Source: Oscillospiraceae bacterium
GTDB lineage: Bacteria; Bacillota; Clostridia; Oscillospirales; Acutalibacteraceae
DNA length: 57,163 nt
Direction of reading: 5' to 3'
Assembly (NCBI GenBank): GCA_015065695.1
Contig: SVPT01000001.1
Coordinates: 1-57,163, forward strand
The notes below the pieces were generated by a model, which did not search any database, was not told the origin of the DNA, and was given only the letters and a program-made list of their open reading frames with translations. The position numbers and the translations under genes are program-made. Positions 9,741-19,382 of the stretch are shown piece by piece. Each line of letters opens with the position of its first letter. The first letter of the stretch is position 1.

Positions 9741-10811
9741 TTACTCGGCGGCAGTCTCTTCCGGCGGTGCAATGGCCTCAAACACCCACAGCGGCACGCC
9801 CTCGTCGTCCAGCATACAGGTGATGGACACATACTTGATGCGCTCGTCGTAGATATTCTCCCGGCTTTTCTTCGACTGCATCCAGTCGCTGACAACGTGC
9901 TCGGCGGTATACTGACCGTAGGCAGCACTCTCGCAGCAGTAGGAATAGTCAATACCTGCCTCTGTCAGGGCAGAGGAGAATTTCCTGCCGTCATCGCGGG
10001 TGGTCTTGAAGCTGCGCATCACCTCGTCAAGGCGCAGCTTTGCCACCTTTTCCAGCTTTTCATCGCCCTTTTCCAGCGGGGGCTTGCCATACATGGCGCG
10101 AAGCTGATTGACCACCCACAGCGCGGCATCGGGATTGAGATAGCCGTCACCGTAGCTGGCGGGAAGGGTTATTCCCTCGATATGCACAACCTTATAATTC
10201 GCCCCTGACGGTGCTGTAGGTATGGCAGATGTGGGCGGGGTCAGGACAACAGTATGCTCGGAGGCGGCAGTGGTGGTTTCTGCCGCAGTTGTGGTTGTTT
10301 CCGCCGTTGTTGTTGTGGTTTCGGTTGCGGCTGTGGTCTCCGCAGGCTCGATCGCCTGACTGTCCGGAAGAACGACCTGCTCTGCGCCGCCCTCTGCGTC
10401 ATCAGAGGGAACGGTATCAACAATGGCACTCTCCGGCTGCTGTACAACGTCCTTGGGCTCGCTGATTCTGCCGAGGGCAAAGCCTCCGACACCCAGACTT
10501 ATCACCGCCGCAGCGGTGCCGATGATGACACCCACCCTGTTATTTTTCTTTGCCTTGGGTTTGACAGCAGGCAGAGCTGTCTCTGGGCTCTCGCTGAGCC
10601 ACTGATGAAGCTGCTGAATCTGCTGCTCCTGTGTATACTGCATGGACGGCACAGGCTGCACCGTCTGCACAGGCGGCGGGGGCGGCAGCACCGTATCGTT
10701 TATCAGCCGGTCGGCAAAGGACACCGCATTGGGGTCGTTGCTTTCCAGCGTATTGCCCGCTTCATATACTATTCCGTCCTGAAACAGCTTATCCGAGCTG
10801 GACATTTTCAT
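9741..10811 (-). CDS. membrane-anchored CAP/SCP-like domain protein
   Basis: One TM helix (VGVIIGTAAAVISLGVGGFAL), a T/A/E-rich linker, and a C-terminal block (WVVNQLRAMYG...CESAAYGQYTAEHVVSDWMQS) resembling CAP/SCP domains. ATG 10805 is an equally good start. Confidence 0.55.
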   Translation of the reverse strand: MKMSSSDKLFQDGIVYEAGNTLESNDPNAVSFADRLINDTVLPPPPPVQTVQPVPSMQYTQEQQIQQLHQWLSESPETALPAVKPKAKKNNRVGVIIGTAAAVISLGVGGFALGRISEPKDVVQQPESAIVDTVPSDDAEGGAEQVVLPDSQAIEPAETTAATETTTTTAETTTTAAETTTAASEHTVVLTPPTSAIPTAPSGANYKVVHIEGITLPASYGDGYLNPDAALWVVNQLRAMYGKPPLEKGDEKLEKVAKLRLDEVMRSFKTTRDDGRKFSSALTEAGIDYSYCCESAAYGQYTAEHVVSDWMQSKKSRENIYDERIKYVSITCMLDDEGVPLWVFEAIAPPEETAAE

Positions 10812-10873
10812 ACTCCTCCTCTTTTATGCACCTTTGCAATAATTCTATATACGAAATAATGACTATATATGAA

Positions 10874-11572
10874 CTAAATCTCCCACTTGTACCCAAGACC
10901 CCATACGGTGATTATGTGGCGGGGCACAGAGGGGTCGTCCTCTACCTTTATGCGCAGGCGGCGAATGTTTACATCGACAATCTTTTCCTCACCGAAGTAC
11001 CCCTCGCCCCAAACGTAGGTCAGAATATCGCGCCGCTCCAGTGCCTTGCCGGGATTCTCAAAGAAATATTCCATAATCTGAAATTCCACCTGAGTAAGCT
11101 CAATGGGCTTGCCCTGCTTTATCAGTGTCCTGCTGCGCAGGTTGAGGGCAAAATCGCCGGAGGTGATGACCTCCGCAAAGCCGCTGTTTGCCTGCTCTGC
11201 CAGCGTAACACGGCGGTGCAGCGCATCTATGCGCGCCACCAGCTCGCCCGGGCTGAAGGGCTTGGTTATGTAGTCGTCCGCGCCCATCATCAGGCCGCCC
11301 ACCTTGTCCATCTCCTGCGTCTTTGCGGTGAGCAGGATAATGCCCAGCTTGTCGTTGTCGGCACGCAGACGGCGGCACAGCGTTACGCCGTCCATGCCGG
11401 GCAGCATGATGTCCAGCAGAGCAATGTCTATCCTGCCCTGCTCCTTTTCATATATCTCCAGCGCGTCCTCTGCCGAGCCGGCCTCAAACACCTCGTAGCC
11501 CGCCCGCTGCAGATTGATGACAACAAATTCGCGGATATTTGTTTCGTCCTCCACGCACAGAATCCTCTTCAT
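10874..11572 (-). CDS. OmpR/PhoB-type response regulator (no adjacent histidine kinase)
   Basis: MKRILCVEDE...DIALLDIMLPGMDG (receiver domain) and a winged-helix C-terminus (LTQVEFQIMEYF...RRLRIKVE...ITVWGLGYKW). Confidence 0.9.
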   Translation of the reverse strand: MKRILCVEDETNIREFVVINLQRAGYEVFEAGSAEDALEIYEKEQGRIDIALLDIMLPGMDGVTLCRRLRADNDKLGIILLTAKTQEMDKVGGLMMGADDYITKPFSPGELVARIDALHRRVTLAEQANSGFAEVITSGDFALNLRSRTLIKQGKPIELTQVEFQIMEYFFENPGKALERRDILTYVWGEGYFGEEKIVDVNIRRLRIKVEDDPSVPRHIITVWGLGYKWEI

Positions 11573-11656
11573 AAAGTAACGCCGCTTCCTTTCAAACCAG
11601 CTTGACTGCTGTATTTTTTTCTTTCCGTTATTACTGTATGTATTGCACATCACCCG

Positions 11657-12382
11657 CTATGCCGCAGGCGCGATGCAAATGTGTATAAACTCGCCGTATG
11701 CAAAATATGGATAAACACCCGCGCCTCCCTGCTGATAATAAAACTCCGTGGGAATGGCGCCGTCCTTGTAGTCGGTAGTGGTGATGATGTCATCGGTCGC
11801 CACATACATACGGTCAAAAAGCTGTGCCGCCTGCTCCTCGTCCAGCTCAGGATAGAATGCAAAGAGGGCGCACAGGCTGTTTTCCCGGAACTGCCTGTAC
11901 AGGCTTTCGGAAAGCCCGTGGTCGTCAAAGTCCACCGTCAGCTCCAGAATGCGTCCGTCATTCGGCGCAGTGTACAGGGTAATGGAGCCGAGGGTCCAGA
12001 TTTCGTTGTCCTCCTTGAAGCGGTAGCAGCACACCTTCCCGCCGAAGCGGGCTGCCTCCGTTTCCTCATAGAGCCAGCCGTCCAGCGGACGCAGATAATC
12101 CTCTTGCCCGTACTGCCCGGCATAAACGGCATTGAACTGCTGTATAAACTGCTCTGCCGTGATGTCAAAGGCGGTGCGCCCATCGGGCAGGGTGCAGGTG
12201 CGCAGCTCTCACGGCGGTACTTCCTCAGCAGCGGTGTTGTGCTGCTCTGCGGCGGCAGTCGGCTCTGTGCCCACTGTCTGCTCCGCACTTCCGCTGCCAC
12301 ACCCGCTGGCGGCAAGCGCCGCACACAGGCACAGCAGCATGGCAAGACACAGCGCACTGTTTTTTATATACTTGATGCTCAT
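11657..12382 (-). pseudogene. lipoprotein gene interrupted by one in-frame TGA (12209-12211)
   Basis: ORFs 12209..12535 and 11657..12034 are in the same frame. Signal peptide and lipobox: MSIKYIKNSALCLAMLLCLCAALAASGC. Reading continues sensibly across the stop (..EEVPP*ELRTCTLPDGRTAFDITAEQFIQQFN..). Confidence 0.6.
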
Positions 12383-12434
12383 AGAAAATATCCTTGGAAA
12401 CAACACAGAAAAACCGATGAATGGGGAAGAGGGG

Positions 12435-13862
12435 TCAGGGCAGCAGGCGGAACATCTCTGCCACTTCCTCGTACTTCGGCACAGGAATATCCTTTTCCTC
12501 TTCGCCCTGCATGGGCAACAGCACCGCGTACACATAGTATTCGGTGGTCATCAGTTCCAGATAGCGGGGCGCGTCCTCTGCCAGAATGTCGCTGGGCTCC
12601 CAGGAGGATTCCGCCTCCCATTCGTCAAGGGTGAAAAGCTTGATACGCATAAGCTCCGTGCCGTCCTCTGTACGGCAGAAGTACACGATGTCCTGTATTG
12701 GGGATTCCTGCGTGGCGGGCAGCACCTCGCATTCGGCGGTGACGTTGGCTATCCACCTTTCGGGAAATTCCACATAATAGCCCTCGTCAAAGCGCATCAG
12801 TGCCGTTGTCTCCCTGCGCAGGCTGCCGTTGAATACCCTATGCCATGTGACAAGGTAAAGCGGGGCGGCATCATCGGCGGTATATCCTGCCATCAGCCGG
12901 TCGGTGGGAATATTGATAATGCCGTCGGCATCAATATCCTGCGAGGTGATGGGCTGTGCGCGGGTGCAGGTGCAGGCGAAGGTCTCCTCATCGTTGAGGG
13001 GGGCGGAAAGCTGCTGTTCCTCATCGTCCCAGCACACCACCTCGGTGGTGTATGTGCCGTCACCACGATGTCCGTCCAGCACCAGACCGTACTGCCCATG
13101 GGAGAGCAGACCCGCCTGCGCGCCGATATACTCCGCAATGCGTCCGTCAAGGGAAGCCCTGCCCTCTGCGCGCAGCATGGATTCACTGTAGGTATCCCGC
13201 TTCCACTTGAGCATTCGGGCGGTGGCACGACCGTCCACAGTGTTCAGGTACACCGACATTATCTCGCTGCGCCCGTCGTAGTCAAAGTCGGCAATAGCCA
13301 TCTCGGTATACATATCCGCACCGGCGGCAGCGTCTCCGCCGCCCTCGTCCGGCGCAAAGTGAATGTCCCGCAGTGCGCCGCCGATGAGCGTGTGGGCGGT
13401 TATCTTCCTGCTTGCGCCGGAAAATACGCTCCAGCCGGCAACGATGTCTGCCGCGCCGTCACCGTTAAGGTCACCGAAAAGCACTCGGTCAATCTCGCCC
13501 ACATTCTCGCCCTGACTGACCATCTGCCAGCTTCCCGCGCTGTCCATGTCCAGCACAGCCATGCGCGCACCCTTGTTCTCGGTGGCGGGGCGGTAAAACA
13601 CGATGGCCTCCTCCTGCTCGTCTCCGTCAATGTTTGCGCGGACAACGGCAGAGCGATGCTCCGCACGGCGCGGGTACCGCAGTGTAATCAGGGTGCCAAG
13701 GTGGGTTTCAATGGCCTTCTGCAGCCGTGCGCCGTCGCCGCCTGCAGCGGGCGGGCGCATAAGCGAGTCGGCAGAAAACGCCGCAGACTCGCAGCCGCAC
13801 AGCAGCAGCACCGACATACACATCAGCACAGCCAGCACGGCAAGCTTATATCTCTTCTTCAT
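12435..13862 (-). CDS. lipoprotein with FG-GAP/VCBS-like repeats
   Basis: Signal peptide and lipobox MKKRYKLAVLAVLMCMSVLLLCGC. Repeats FGDLNGDGAADIVAGW and IADFDYDGRSEIM are integrin-like FG-GAP motifs. Confidence 0.6.
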   Translation of the reverse strand: MKKRYKLAVLAVLMCMSVLLLCGCESAAFSADSLMRPPAAGGDGARLQKAIETHLGTLITLRYPRRAEHRSAVVRANIDGDEQEEAIVFYRPATENKGARMAVLDMDSAGSWQMVSQGENVGEIDRVLFGDLNGDGAADIVAGWSVFSGASRKITAHTLIGGALRDIHFAPDEGGGDAAAGADMYTEMAIADFDYDGRSEIMSVYLNTVDGRATARMLKWKRDTYSESMLRAEGRASLDGRIAEYIGAQAGLLSHGQYGLVLDGHRGDGTYTTEVVCWDDEEQQLSAPLNDEETFACTCTRAQPITSQDIDADGIINIPTDRLMAGYTADDAAPLYLVTWHRVFNGSLRRETTALMRFDEGYYVEFPERWIANVTAECEVLPATQESPIQDIVYFCRTEDGTELMRIKLFTLDEWEAESSWEPSDILAEDAPRYLELMTTEYYVYAVLLPMQGEEEKDIPVPKYEEVAEMFRLLP

Positions 13863-14093
13863 TGCACACTCACAACAAGATAGTTTGTCTTTTTCCTTTT
13901 GGGAATACTTTCAAGCCGCGTCCGCAGCTTGCTATACAGAATTAATTATATCACGTTGTACCGCAAAAGGCAATGATTTTGCGTGTTTTGGCGGGGCGGG
14001 TTTGCGGAATTTAACCCGCCCCCTATCCCTCCCGACAAAAAAGCCCCGAAAAACGGCAGCACCGCTCTTCGGGACTTTGGTATTCATCATTCT

Positions 14094-14957
14094 TTACTTG
14101 CGGGGCTTCTGGGGCTTGCCTGCGGACATGATGTCCACAGAGCCGTCATCGTCCTGCTGCACTATGGTAATCTTCGGGCGGGAAACCACCTTTGCGGAGG
14201 GCTTGACGATGGGGAAGTCGGTGGTGCGGGCATCGGGGTTGTAAGCGGGGGAGGGCTCATAGGAGGCACCCGAGTTGTTGTCGGAATAGGCAACGCCCGA
14301 CTTCTGGGCGTCCTCTGCGGGCTGTGCGCTCTCTGCCGCGGGGGTGTCCTGCGGGTCGCTCAGGTGGGGATTGGGCTTCTCCGCGGGGGCTTCGGCGGGC
14401 TGATTTGCGTTGTCCTGCACCTCTGCGACGTCAGCGGCGGTGTCCGCTGCTGCGGTCTCAGCCTCGGAAATATCGGTCACGGCTGCCTTCTTTTTCTTCT
14501 GGGAATTCTTCTGTGCGCCCTTCTTCTGCTGCTGATTGGGGCGGCGGTAGGGGTTGACATGGTTGCCGTCGTTTATCAGAGCCAGCACACATTCGTCAAG
14601 CAGCTGGCAGTTGAAGATGAAGCGGGTGACGTTGGACATGATGGGGCGGGTCTTCAGCTCCTCCACGCCGTCCACGACGTCGGTGTATTCCTCCTCGCCG
14701 GTCTGCTCAAGGGAGGTGACTGCCATAAAGGAGCCGTCCAGCAGACCCTCGGCACGCATATAATCCAGCTCCTTGAGGGACACGCCGATGTAGTCGGCCG
14801 CGTCAAACTCGGTCAGGTACTTGAGGGTGGGCTGCTGCAGGGGCTGGGGAGCAGACTCCTTGAGAGCCGCCGCCGCGCCGGAAATGGCAGCCGCCAGGAT
14901 AAATGCGCCCGCCAGCAGACACACGCCAAGAATGATAAATCCGATAATAGTGTTCAT
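14094..14957 (-). CDS. hypothetical N-terminally anchored protein with a disordered C-terminal half
   Basis: N-terminal TM helix MNTIIGFIILGVCLLAGAFILAAAI. The long ORF has normal codon texture. No recognisable domain. Confidence 0.55.
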   Translation of the reverse strand: MNTIIGFIILGVCLLAGAFILAAAISGAAAALKESAPQPLQQPTLKYLTEFDAADYIGVSLKELDYMRAEGLLDGSFMAVTSLEQTGEEEYTDVVDGVEELKTRPIMSNVTRFIFNCQLLDECVLALINDGNHVNPYRRPNQQQKKGAQKNSQKKKKAAVTDISEAETAAADTAADVAEVQDNANQPAEAPAEKPNPHLSDPQDTPAAESAQPAEDAQKSGVAYSDNNSGASYEPSPAYNPDARTTDFPIVKPSAKVVSRPKITIVQQDDDGSVDIMSAGKPQKPRK

Positions 14958-15433
14958 ATCAGCATCTCCTATTCAGTGTACAGGCAGTATACAGGTTTGG
15001 GCTTCCGTCCGATTATATACTCAAAAGCACCGAACAATATAAATATGTATTGATAATATTCCCTTGAATACCGCTGCGCATACCTTCGTCGTTTCCGTAT
15101 TTTTCCTCCGCCCGACGGTCTTCGGCAAATTTCGCCGTGACCCTTAGGGCTGTTTGGCCCCTTAGGACCGTTGGTCCTAGGCTAACATTTTTATTTTAAA
15201 GGCATTCTATAATATGTCAAGACAATTTTTGTTAACTTTCTTGCGGGTGATGATTATGTCGCTGTCCGTTTCCTGCCATTCCCATGTGTAATGCAGGCAG
15301 AAAGCCCGCCGCACAGCCATCTGCGGCCGACGGAATTTTCAAATTGCCACAAGCGTCCGAGGGCGTAAAACGGTGCACGAGCGAGTTTGAACGAGATATT
15401 CGCCTTTTCGGATATATTTCTTTCAAAAAACAC

Positions 15434-15462
15434 TTGACTGAAACCTTGCGGCGTGGTATCAT
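15434..15462 (+). promoter_or_regulatory. candidate sigma-A promoter of rplM-rpsI
   Basis: TTGACT (15434-15439), a 17-nt spacer, then TATCAT (15457-15462), 44 nt upstream of the rplM ATG. Confidence 0.5.
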
Positions 15463-15505
15463 TCCTCTTGCTGAAAAGTAAGAAATCTTTACGGAGGTAT
15501 TTGCA

Positions 15506-15934
15506 ATGAGCACCTTTATGCCCAAAGCGGCAGAGATCGAGCGCAGCTGGTACATCATCGATGCAGCCGGCAAGCCCCTCGGCCGTGTTGCTGTTCAGGC
15601 TGCGAACCTTCTTCGCGGCAAGCATAAGCCCATCTTCGCCCCCCACTGTGACTGCGGCGATCATGTAATCATCATCAACTGCGGTCAGGCCATCCTCACC
15701 GGCGCCAAGATGGAAAAGAAGATCTACTACCGTCACTCCGGCTACATCGGCCACCTGAAGGCTGTCAAGGCCGGTTCTCTGATGAAGTCCCGCCCCGAGC
15801 GCGCCATGATGATGGCCGTCAAGGGTATGCTGCCTGCCACCGTTATCGGCCGCAAGGCACTCACCAGACTGCGCGTTTACGCAGGTGCTACCCATAAGCA
15901 GGAAGCACAGAAGCCCGTCATGTGGGAAAACTAA
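15506..15934 (+). CDS. rplM: 50S ribosomal protein L13
   Basis: MSTFMPKAAEIERSWYIIDAAGKPLGRVA...HKPIFAPHCDCGDHVIIIN is canonical L13. Confidence 0.97.
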   Translation: MSTFMPKAAEIERSWYIIDAAGKPLGRVAVQAANLLRGKHKPIFAPHCDCGDHVIIINCGQAILTGAKMEKKIYYRHSGYIGHLKAVKAGSLMKSRPERAMMMAVKGMLPATVIGRKALTRLRVYAGATHKQEAQKPVMWEN

Positions 15935-15952
15935 AGAAGGAGGATACGCCAA

Positions 15953-16360
15953 ATGTCTATTTATGATAAGGGAACATACTTCTACGGCACCGGCCGCAGA
16001 AAGTCTTCTGTAGCGCGTGTCCGCCTCTATCCGGGCACCGGCAGAATCATCATCAACGATCGTCCCATCGACGATTACTTTGGTCTCGAGACCCTCAAGC
16101 TGATCGTCCGTCAGCCCCTGGAGCTGACCAAGACCATCGGTCAGTTTGACGTTATCTGCCGCGTTGCAGGCGGCGGTGTTACCGGTCAGGCCGGTGCAAT
16201 CCGTCACGGCGTCAGCCGTGCACTGCTCAAGTTCGACGGCGAGAAGCTCCGTCCCGCTCTGAAGAAGGCCGGCTTCCTCACCCGCGATCCGAGAATGAAG
16301 GAAAGAAAGAAGTACGGTCTCAAGGCCGCACGTCGTGCTCCCCAGTTCTCCAAGAGATAA
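15953..16360 (+). CDS. rpsI: 30S ribosomal protein S9
   Basis: [14 protein letters not shown]...[19 protein letters not shown]...[26 protein letters not shown] is canonical S9. Confidence 0.97.
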   Translation: MSIYDKGTYFYGTGRRKSSVARVRLYPGTGRIIINDRPIDDYFGLETLKLIVRQPLELTKTIGQFDVICRVAGGGVTGQAGAIRHGVSRALLKFDGEKLRPALKKAGFLTRDPRMKERKKYGLKAARRAPQFSKR

Positions 16361-16381
16361 TTACATTATCGCTTACTCAAT

Positions 16382-16411
16382 CCCGCAGCCGTTGGGCTGC
16401 GGGATTTTTGC
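16382..16411 (+). terminator. rho-independent terminator after rpsI
   Basis: CCCGCAGCC-GTTG-GGCTGCGGG followed by ATTTTTG. Confidence 0.75.
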
Positions 16412-16508
16412 AGAACATAGATAAAGGCTGTGGATTCTTCAGGCGCAGTAATTTAGAAATTTATAGAAATCCATAACTAAAACATCAAAACAAAGAAAGG
16501 TGACAGCG

Positions 16509-17408
16509 ATGAAAAGAATAATTGCCATTTTGTGCATTATAGTGTCAATCTTCTGTCTGGCGGCGTGCTCGGCAAATGAGAACACGACCGGCAACACACA
16601 GCCCAAGCCACAGACACAGCACAAGTATGAGATAGTAGAGCTGTCCGGCAACGAAAAGGGCATGACCTTCTACCGTGACGATCTTATGATATACGGAGAA
16701 ATGAGCATGCCCGAGGGCGACGGTCCTTTCCCTGCTGTAATTATTTCCCCCGGTATGCAGGCCACCTTCTATGGGAACAAGCTCTACGCCAGAGAGCTTG
16801 CGAAAAACGGCATTGCCGCCCTGTCCTTTGAATTTACCGGCACCAACAACATAAGCACGGGTTCGTTCTCCCAGTCCTCGGTGCTTACCCATGCCGCCGA
16901 CCTCAATGTTGTAATAGATGTCGTTGCATCACTGCCCGAAATCGACAGTGACAACCTTTTCCTGTGGGGGCACAGCTTTGGCGGGCTTACCTCTGCATAC
17001 GTTGCCACACAGCGTCCCGAGGACATCAAGGGATTGATTCTCCTTGAACCGTCGCTCCAGATACCCGACCAGTACCGGGAGCTGTATCCGGAAGGAAGCG
17101 AGATTCCCGAAACACCCGATTCCGCATCGGACTTAAGCAAAAAATTTATCGAAGATGCTATTTCAATCGACATATTTGAATTGATGCCGTCCTTTGACAA
17201 AGAGGTGCTTATCTTCAGAGGTACTGCATTTCCAAAGAGGGAAGAGGATGAGCATGCTCAGTTCATGGCGGTGCTCGAGGCAGGTGCAGAAGCCTTCCCC
17301 AATGCACAGCTTGTAACCATTGACGGCGCTGACCATTTCTTTACCCCGCCCTACAGCAATGAGGTGACAAGCCGCGCGCTGGAGTTGCTGGAGGAAAACA
17401 TCGACTGA
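16509..17408 (+). CDS. alpha/beta hydrolase lipoprotein
   Basis: Lipobox MKRIIAILCIIVSIFCLAAC. Nucleophile elbow GHSFGG. C-terminal DGADHFF (catalytic His region). Confidence 0.75.
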   Translation: MKRIIAILCIIVSIFCLAACSANENTTGNTQPKPQTQHKYEIVELSGNEKGMTFYRDDLMIYGEMSMPEGDGPFPAVIISPGMQATFYGNKLYARELAKNGIAALSFEFTGTNNISTGSFSQSSVLTHAADLNVVIDVVASLPEIDSDNLFLWGHSFGGLTSAYVATQRPEDIKGLILLEPSLQIPDQYRELYPEGSEIPETPDSASDLSKKFIEDAISIDIFELMPSFDKEVLIFRGTAFPKREEDEHAQFMAVLEAGAEAFPNAQLVTIDGADHFFTPPYSNEVTSRALELLEENID

Positions 17409-17470
17409 TGCTCTCCTGCCCAAACGCCCGTTTTAGCGCTGAAAGATGATTTTCTTGTCGCAAGCCAGGA

Positions 17471-17500
17471 CCCGCAGCCGTATGGCTGCGGGATTTTTGC
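17471..17500 (+). terminator. rho-independent terminator, near-copy of the rpsI terminator
   Basis: CCCGCAGCC-GTAT-GGCTGCGGG followed by ATTTTTG. It differs from 16382-16411 only in the loop. Confidence 0.7.
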
Positions 17501-17770
17501 GTAGTGGGAAATTTCGGGCAGGGCGCGCCTCTGCTTATTGTTGATAAGGAAAAACAAATGGAATCAGCGGCGGTGGTGTGATATAATTGAAGATACGCAA
17601 GGAGAGCAACACTTTGAATTTTACATAGCTTTTGCCCGTAAATCAGGCGGTGCAACCGGGCTTAACAGGATTGTTAAAGAGCGTTGACAGATTGATTAAC
17701 ATGGTTGGTAGTGTTTTTAGAACAAAAGTAATACAATACCTTCATCAAATGACACGAGGAGGAAACATTG

Positions 17771-18700
17771 ATGAAGAAAGGTATTGTTTACAATCTAAAT
17801 CCGTTCAACAACGAAACAGATATGTCATCCGCTGAATACATCATAAAGAAATTATTGGCATTCATACTGATATATGTTATTTCGGCAGTCCTGGGAGAAG
17901 GAGTAATAATCGGGATTTTATATGGCATGGGCTATGACCCTTTGCACGGCATAATGCCGGCCGGAGAAATCAGTGAGCTGTTACCCTACTATGGTTTCCT
18001 GATATTTTCCCTGGTAACTCTGTTATATTGCAGATTTGTTGAGAAGAAAAATATTAAATCCGTAGGTTTTTCAGGGAATCCTGCAGACTATCTGACAGGA
18101 ATATCAGTTGCTGCGATTCTTTTGTTTGTAATATTGGGCATAGGTTGCCTCTGCGGTTCCATCAGCTTTTGCGGATTCAACACAAATGTCAGTATTACGG
18201 GTATTCTGTTATGGGCTTTGGCATTTGGCATTCAAGGTGCTGCAGAAGAAATCATGTGCAGAGGCTTCCTGCTCAATTCATTGAAAAACAGAATACCTAT
18301 ACCATTGGCAATTCTGATCAGTTCAACTGCATTTGTTTTTCCGCATTTGTCCAGCTTGGTTGAAGCGGATTCAGTATATGTTGTGGTTGGAATTATAAAC
18401 TTATATTTGGTTTCGATTGTCTTTTCAATGCTTGTTTTGTGGCGGTCTAATATATGGATTGCCTGTGGGTTGCACAGTGCATGGAATTTTATATTATATG
18501 TGATTATGGGTTTGTCCTTAAGCGGAAGCGAAAGTGTTTCAAAGGGTGTAGTTCTTTTCAGTGTAAAAGATGCCAGTATCCTCAACGGTGCAGAATACGG
18601 AATAGAAGCAAGTGTTATTACAACAGCAGTGTTAGGAATGTTGTTATTCTTCATGGTAAAAAGATGGAAAGGCAGGATTTGCAGAAATGACATTTCATGA
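17771..18700 (+). CDS. CPBP-family intramembrane glutamic protease (CAAX/Abi-like)
   Basis: Multi-TM protein with the motifs EEIMCRGF (EExxxR), FVFPHL and HSAWNF. AGGAGG lies 9 nt before ATG 17771. Confidence 0.8.
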   Translation: MKKGIVYNLNPFNNETDMSSAEYIIKKLLAFILIYVISAVLGEGVIIGILYGMGYDPLHGIMPAGEISELLPYYGFLIFSLVTLLYCRFVEKKNIKSVGFSGNPADYLTGISVAAILLFVILGIGCLCGSISFCGFNTNVSITGILLWALAFGIQGAAEEIMCRGFLLNSLKNRIPIPLAILISSTAFVFPHLSSLVEADSVYVVVGIINLYLVSIVFSMLVLWRSNIWIACGLHSAWNFILYVIMGLSLSGSESVSKGVVLFSVKDASILNGAEYGIEASVITTAVLGMLLFFMVKRWKGRICRNDIS

Positions 18701-19076
18701 TAAATTGTACAGTCTCCGAAAGCAAAAAGGATTATCGCAGGAAGAACTTGCTAACCGTTTGAATGTTTCCCGGCAAACTGTTTCAAAATGGGAAGTGGGA
18801 GACTCGACACCTGATATGCAAAAACTGATTGCTATCAGTGATATGTTCGAAATTTCTTTGGATGAGCTGGTAATGGATAAAGCACCAACTCAAAAAGAGG
18901 CAACTTCCTCTATGTCAGAAATTGCAAGCGAACTGAAGGAAAAAGTATTGACTGATGAAAACAAAAACAAGGCAAAAAAAGCCTTGAAGATTGCTGCAAT
19001 TATTCTGGGAATTATTCTTTTGATTGATGTTATTTCTTTTATTGTTTATGTTAGTTTGTATGGATTCCCTCAGTAA
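18687..19076 (+). CDS. XRE-family HTH regulator with a C-terminal TM helix
   Basis: LRKQKGLSQEELANRLNVSRQTVSKWEVGDSTPDMQKLIAISDMFEISLDEL (HTH_3) and a C-terminal helix IAAIILGIILLIDVISFIVYV. It overlaps the CPBP gene end. Confidence 0.85.
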   Translation: MTFHDKLYSLRKQKGLSQEELANRLNVSRQTVSKWEVGDSTPDMQKLIAISDMFEISLDELVMDKAPTQKEATSSMSEIASELKEKVLTDENKNKAKKALKIAAIILGIILLIDVISFIVYVSLYGFPQ

Positions 19077-19235
19077 GACGGAAGTTTCCGTCCGCGCCTT
19101 TGTCTGCCATAGTCCGGAAGAGCCCTGAGCAGCTCAACCTAGGACGCAGGCAGATAATAGAAGAATGCAGTGTTTTCGGTATGCTGCATTTCTCATAGCG
19201 ATAATAAAAGTTCTCCAAGAGATTGTTTTACTTTT

Positions 19236-19291
19236 TCGTTTGCAACGTCCCGCACCCACAAGGGTGCGGGACGTTTTCTTTTTTCTTTTTT
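19236..19291 (+). repeat. copy A of the LRR-gene cassette (hairpin part only)
   Basis: TTCGTTTGCAACGTCCCGCACCC-ACAA-GGGTGCGGGACGT plus a T-rich run. The same element occurs at 21990, 22718 and 41645. Confidence 0.85.
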
Positions 19292-19323
19292 GCCCCCCCC
19301 TCACAAATAATTCGGCACAATGG

Positions 19324-19352
19324 TTGAAACATTGAAAATCCCACTGTATAAT
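19324..19352 (+). promoter_or_regulatory. near-consensus sigma-A promoter of the TIR-LRR gene
   Basis: TTGAAA (19324-19329), a 17-nt spacer, then TATAAT (19347-19352). GGAGGG lies 8 nt before ATG 19383. Confidence 0.6.
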
Positions 19353-19382
19353 ATAAGTAAAATGACTATGGAGGGATTAACG

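Noticed and set aside
15060-15230. Orphan hairpin CCTTAGGACC-GT-TGGTCCTAGG followed by a T-rich run, as a possible sRNA terminator
   Set aside because: There is no convincing upstream promoter or conserved structure, and no plus-strand gene to terminate. The evidence is insufficient.
12132-16207. Long ORFs 12132..13883 (+), 13983..15053 (+) and 15254..16207 (-)
   Set aside because: All are antisense shadows of better-supported genes (the lipoproteins at 12435 and 14094, and rplM-rpsI). Their compositions are biased (R/G/A/L/C-rich) and they lack RBS-start context.
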